Assembly (NCBI GenBank): GCA_964372955.1
Contig: CAYJTC010000002.1
Coordinates: 1-42,260 of the forward strand
Source: an uncultured Planctomycetia bacterium
GTDB taxonomy: Bacteria; Omnitrophota; Gorgyraeia; 1-14-0-20-64-10
Direction: 5' to 3'
Length of the DNA: 42,260 nucleotides
Position numbers and translations under genes: made by a program
Shown: in pieces, positions 39,010-42,260 of the stretch
How the letters are laid out: each line of letters opens with the position of its first letter
Position numbering within the stretch: position 1 is the stretch's first letter
Notes under the pieces: generated by a model
Told to the model about the DNA's origin: nothing
Databases searched by the model: none
Seen by the model: only the letters and a program-made list of their open reading frames with translations

Positions 39010-41269
39010 CCTCCATTTTGAAGAGGCGCATCTGGATCCAGGAGAAGCACATGGTGATCAGGAACAGGATGTAGCCGACCGCCGCGGCCCGGCCCATGTC
39101 GAACCGGTGGAAGCCGGTCTCATAGAGGTACCAGACCACCGTCGTGGTGGCCCCCAGGGGCCCGCCCTGGGTCATGGCGAAGATCTCCGGAAAAACCTGG
39201 AAGGTGTGGATCGTGTTGATCACCGTGGCCAGCAGGATGATCGGCTTGAGCTGCGGCAGGGTGATGTGGCGGAATTTCTGCCACTCGTTGGCCCCGTCGA
39301 TGGAGGCCGCCTCGTAAAGCTCAATGGGGATCGTCTGCAGGCCGGCCAGGAACAGGACCATGTAGTAGCCGAAGCTGGCCCAGACGTTCATCATCATGAT
39401 CGCCGGCAGGGCCCACTTCGTGTTGAGCAGCCAGCTGGGAGTGGGAACCGGCAGGTGCAGCCACTCCAGGGCCCGGTTGACCAGCCCATCGGGCGCGTAG
39501 AGATAGGTGAAGATCGTGGCGATCACGATCACCGAGGTGGCCACCGGCAGGAACAGCCCCGCCTGGTAAAGCTGCTTGAAGGGAACCTTGATGTTGATCA
39601 GGACCGCCGCGAACAGGGCCAGCGCCATGGTCGGGGGGATCGTTCCGGCGGCGAAGAAGCAGGTGTGCCACAAAGCGCTGAGGAAATCGGGCTCCTGGAG
39701 CACCTCCACGAAATTGCGCAACCCCACGAAGGCCATCTCGGAGCTGAGCAGGTTGTACCTGGAAAAGCTTAAGATCAGGGAATGCAGGAGCGGGATCAGA
39801 CTGAATCCCAGGAAGGTGATCAGCCACGGGGCCAGAAAGGTCAGGCTGATCCCGATGCTGGAGACCGACAGCCGGGGGCCGGCGGCCGGCCCCTTGCGCC
39901 GCTTGAAAACCGAGGCGGCGATGATCCCGCCGGCTAGCAGAAGCAGGAATCCGGCGAAAACGATCGTGTCGGTCAGGCGGCCCCGGACCTCGGAGGTCTG
40001 GAGAACCGAATTGATCGCAGCGGTCGTCTCCTTGAGCTGGGCATCCGGGTCGGCGCCGTTTAAGATCACCTCCTCCACCATCCGGGTGATCCGCTCCTGC
40101 ATCCGGACCCAGCCCGGGTGGGCCGGCGGAGCCACCGCGTACTGGACCTGCTCGAAGACCAGCCGCTGTTCCGGGTGGCTCCTGTAGTAGGGGTGCTGGA
40201 TCGCCGACTTGGCCGTGGGGACGATGTTCCGCTGGGCCTCGACGATCGCCATCGCCTGCTCCTCGCCAACCAGGAACAGGATCAGCTTGAGGGCCTCTTC
40301 CGGGTGCTTGGAGTTCTTCAGAAGCACCAGGATCTCCCCGCCGGCGAAGGAGGCCGGAGTCCCCCTTCCTGCGGCCGGCCTGGGCAGGAGGCCCACGCCG
40401 TAGTTCAAGGTGGGGTTCATCCGTGGAATCAGGGAAAAGTTCCAGGATCCCGAAATCTGGATCCCCAGCCGGCCCTCGGCGAAAAGCTGATTCACCTGCG
40501 CCTGGCGTTCCACCAGGGCGAACGGTTTGAGCGAGCGGTAAAAGGCGAGGGCTTCTTGAACGGGGGGCTGGTCCAGCAGGCAGCGCTGCCAGGAATCGTC
40601 CAGAATCTGACCGCCGTTGCTCCACACGAAAGGAAGAAACTCCTGCCAGGGAGCGTAGGGCTCCGCCACATGCAGGCCGATCCCGTAGATGTCGGGGCCT
40701 AAGGCGTCCACGGCCTGGGCCGCCTGCCTGAGCTCTTCCCAGGTGGTCGGAGGCCGATCCGGGTTCAGGCCCGCCTGCGCGAAAAGGGCCCGGTTGTAGA
40801 ACAGGATCCGGGTTCCGGCCAGCCAAGGTACGCCGTAGACTCGGTCCCGGAAAGTGGCCGGATCCCAGAGCAGATACTGGTCCCGGATCGGAGCCACCGA
40901 TTCGGTCAGATCCCGCAGAACCCCGGTGGAGGAGAATTGGGGGACCCAATCGGTCCCCAGCTCGCAGACGTCCGGCGCGTTGTCGGCGGCGATTGAGATA
41001 ATCACCTTGTCCAGCCCGTAATCCCAGGAAAGCTGCTGGAACCGGACCTTGATTCCCGGGTTCTGCCGCTCGAATTTGTCCAGCAGGGAGCGCATCAGCT
41101 CCTCGCCGACCGACAGCTCCCAGAAATCCAGCGTCACCGTCTCCGTCGCAAAAACGGGTGGAGGGTGCAGGGTGCAGGGTGCAGACGAATAAAGAAGGGC
41201 GAGAGCGAGCATCCATCCCTTTAAGGTTCCCCACCCTCGACCCTTCACCCTACACCGACTGGTATTCAT
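38990..41269 (-). CDS. Fusion protein: family-1 extracellular solute-binding protein plus MalF-type ABC permease
   Basis: 759 aa. The N-terminal ~430 aa is SBP-like (TLDFWELSVGEELMRSLLDKFERQNPGIKVRFQQLSWDYGLDKVIISIAADNAPDV, VPWLAGTRILFYNRALF). A TM segment follows (IVFAGFLLLLAGGIIAASVF), then a 6-TM permease with EAA loop (LYEAASIDGANEWQKFRHITLPQLKP). The start ATG 41269 is supported by an abutting promoter. ATG 41215 (MLALALLYSS) is the alternative. Confidence 0.9.
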   Translation of the reverse strand: MNTSRCRVKGRGWGTLKGWMLALALLYSSAPCTLHPPPVFATETVTLDFWELSVGEELMRSLLDKFERQNPGIKVRFQQLSWDYGLDKVIISIAADNAPDVCELGTDWVPQFSSTGVLRDLTESVAPIRDQYLLWDPATFRDRVYGVPWLAGTRILFYNRALFAQAGLNPDRPPTTWEELRQAAQAVDALGPDIYGIGLHVAEPYAPWQEFLPFVWSNGGQILDDSWQRCLLDQPPVQEALAFYRSLKPFALVERQAQVNQLFAEGRLGIQISGSWNFSLIPRMNPTLNYGVGLLPRPAAGRGTPASFAGGEILVLLKNSKHPEEALKLILFLVGEEQAMAIVEAQRNIVPTAKSAIQHPYYRSHPEQRLVFEQVQYAVAPPAHPGWVRMQERITRMVEEVILNGADPDAQLKETTAAINSVLQTSEVRGRLTDTIVFAGFLLLLAGGIIAASVFKRRKGPAAGPRLSVSSIGISLTFLAPWLITFLGFSLIPLLHSLILSFSRYNLLSSEMAFVGLRNFVEVLQEPDFLSALWHTCFFAAGTIPPTMALALFAAVLINIKVPFKQLYQAGLFLPVATSVIVIATIFTYLYAPDGLVNRALEWLHLPVPTPSWLLNTKWALPAIMMMNVWASFGYYMVLFLAGLQTIPIELYEAASIDGANEWQKFRHITLPQLKPIILLATVINTIHTFQVFPEIFAMTQGGPLGATTTVVWYLYETGFHRFDMGRAAAVGYILFLITMCFSWIQMRLFKMEEGSGTL
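41156..41256. repeat. Inverted arrays of heptanucleotide repeats across the SBP-permease gene 5' end
   Basis: + strand 41156..41184: GGGTGGA GGGTGCA GGGTGCA GGGTGCA G. + strand 41229..41256: CCCCACCCTCGACCCTTCACCCTACACC, complements of GGGTGNA units. A 44-nt spacer contains ATG 41215. Shares the core GGTGAAGGGTCGA with the 5145..5173 arm. Confidence 0.9.
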
Positions 41270-41278
41270 AGACGCATT

Positions 41279-41307
41279 AGTCTACCGCGGGCCAAAAGGA
41301 TTGACAA
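41279..41307 (-). promoter_or_regulatory. Sigma70-type promoter abutting the SBP-permease start
   Basis: In minus sense: TTGTCA (41307..41302), a 17-nt spacer, TAGACT (41284..41279), then 9 nt before ATG 41269. Confidence 0.5.
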
Positions 41308-41330
41308 GGCGTCGCCGGCCCTCGGATAAT
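41301..41330 (+). promoter_or_regulatory. Near-consensus sigma70-type promoter for the HAD gene, with its -35 overlapping the divergent promoter
   Basis: TTGACA (41301..41306), an 18-nt spacer, GATAAT (41325..41330), then 6 nt before in-frame GTG 41337. The TTG that the ORF track uses as the start is the -35 box itself. Confidence 0.55.
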
Positions 41331-41336
41331 ACCTGC

Positions 41337-42260
<924 letters not shown>

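Noticed and set aside
39321-41234. 637-aa ORF on the minus strand in an alternative frame of the SBP-permease gene
   Set aside because: Its composition is dominated by G/R/P/A. The overlapping frame encodes unmistakable SBP and ABC permease motifs, so this is a spurious open frame of GC-rich sequence.

Overview
GC-rich 42.3-kb window transcribed almost entirely leftwards. About 20 consecutive minus-strand genes run from 41269 to 1, many with overlapping or near-abutting stop/start codons. On the + strand there are only an MtnX-like HAD gene, a repeat-encoded partial ORF at the right edge, and two tiny ORFs.

Gene content, left to right:
(1) A CusCBA/CzcCBA-type heavy-metal RND efflux operon (cusA runs off the left edge and is missing from the ORF track). 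It is preceded by an ECF sigma, a small single-pass anti-sigma candidate and an LTXXQ periplasmic sensor, a module analogous to CnrH/CnrY/CnrX.
(2) A ThrC-like, MoaD/ThiS-like and NIL-domain sulfur-carrier cluster.
(3) An OmpA-family lipoprotein and an MBL-fold hydrolase.
(4) Two back-to-back giant ORFs (3820 aa and 2793 aa, 19.9 kb).
(5) A secreted 582-aa protein and a 100-aa coiled-coil protein.
(6) A GH94 disaccharide phosphorylase, an atypical ROK regulator, a TIM-barrel-like protein and a CUT1-type sugar ABC transporter whose binding protein is fused to a permease.

The stand-out is the giant ORF pair. By motif reading, the two ORFs concatenate GlmS-like, GlmU-C-like, transaldolase-like, GlmU-N-like, YvcK/GlmR-like, ROK-kinase-like and GlmM-like domains, which is nearly the whole hexosamine/UDP-GlcNAc route. 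Both begin with Sec-type signal peptides. Their segments are delimited by a pentapeptide, AGLE(E/T), that occurs 11 times and only in these two proteins. ORF-A carries an N-terminal C39-like cysteine peptidase directly in front of the amidotransferase nucleophile Cys. Both ORFs end in a related C-terminal domain.

Second theme: inverted arrays of short tandem repeats (9-mers GGGGAAWCA, 7-mers GGGTGNA) sit exactly on the 5' ends of exported-protein genes and are translated into signal peptides.

Other oddities:
- A perfect 42-bp tandem repeat triplicates the C-terminal AIAGG motif of the sulfur-carrier protein.
- A diverged copy of the giant gene's leader is kept as a 38-codon mini-ORF.
- Near-consensus sigma70 promoters abut start codons, suggesting leaderless mRNAs.
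- Several REP-like hairpin families sit at intercistronic junctions.

All domain calls are from reading motifs by eye. No database search was possible.
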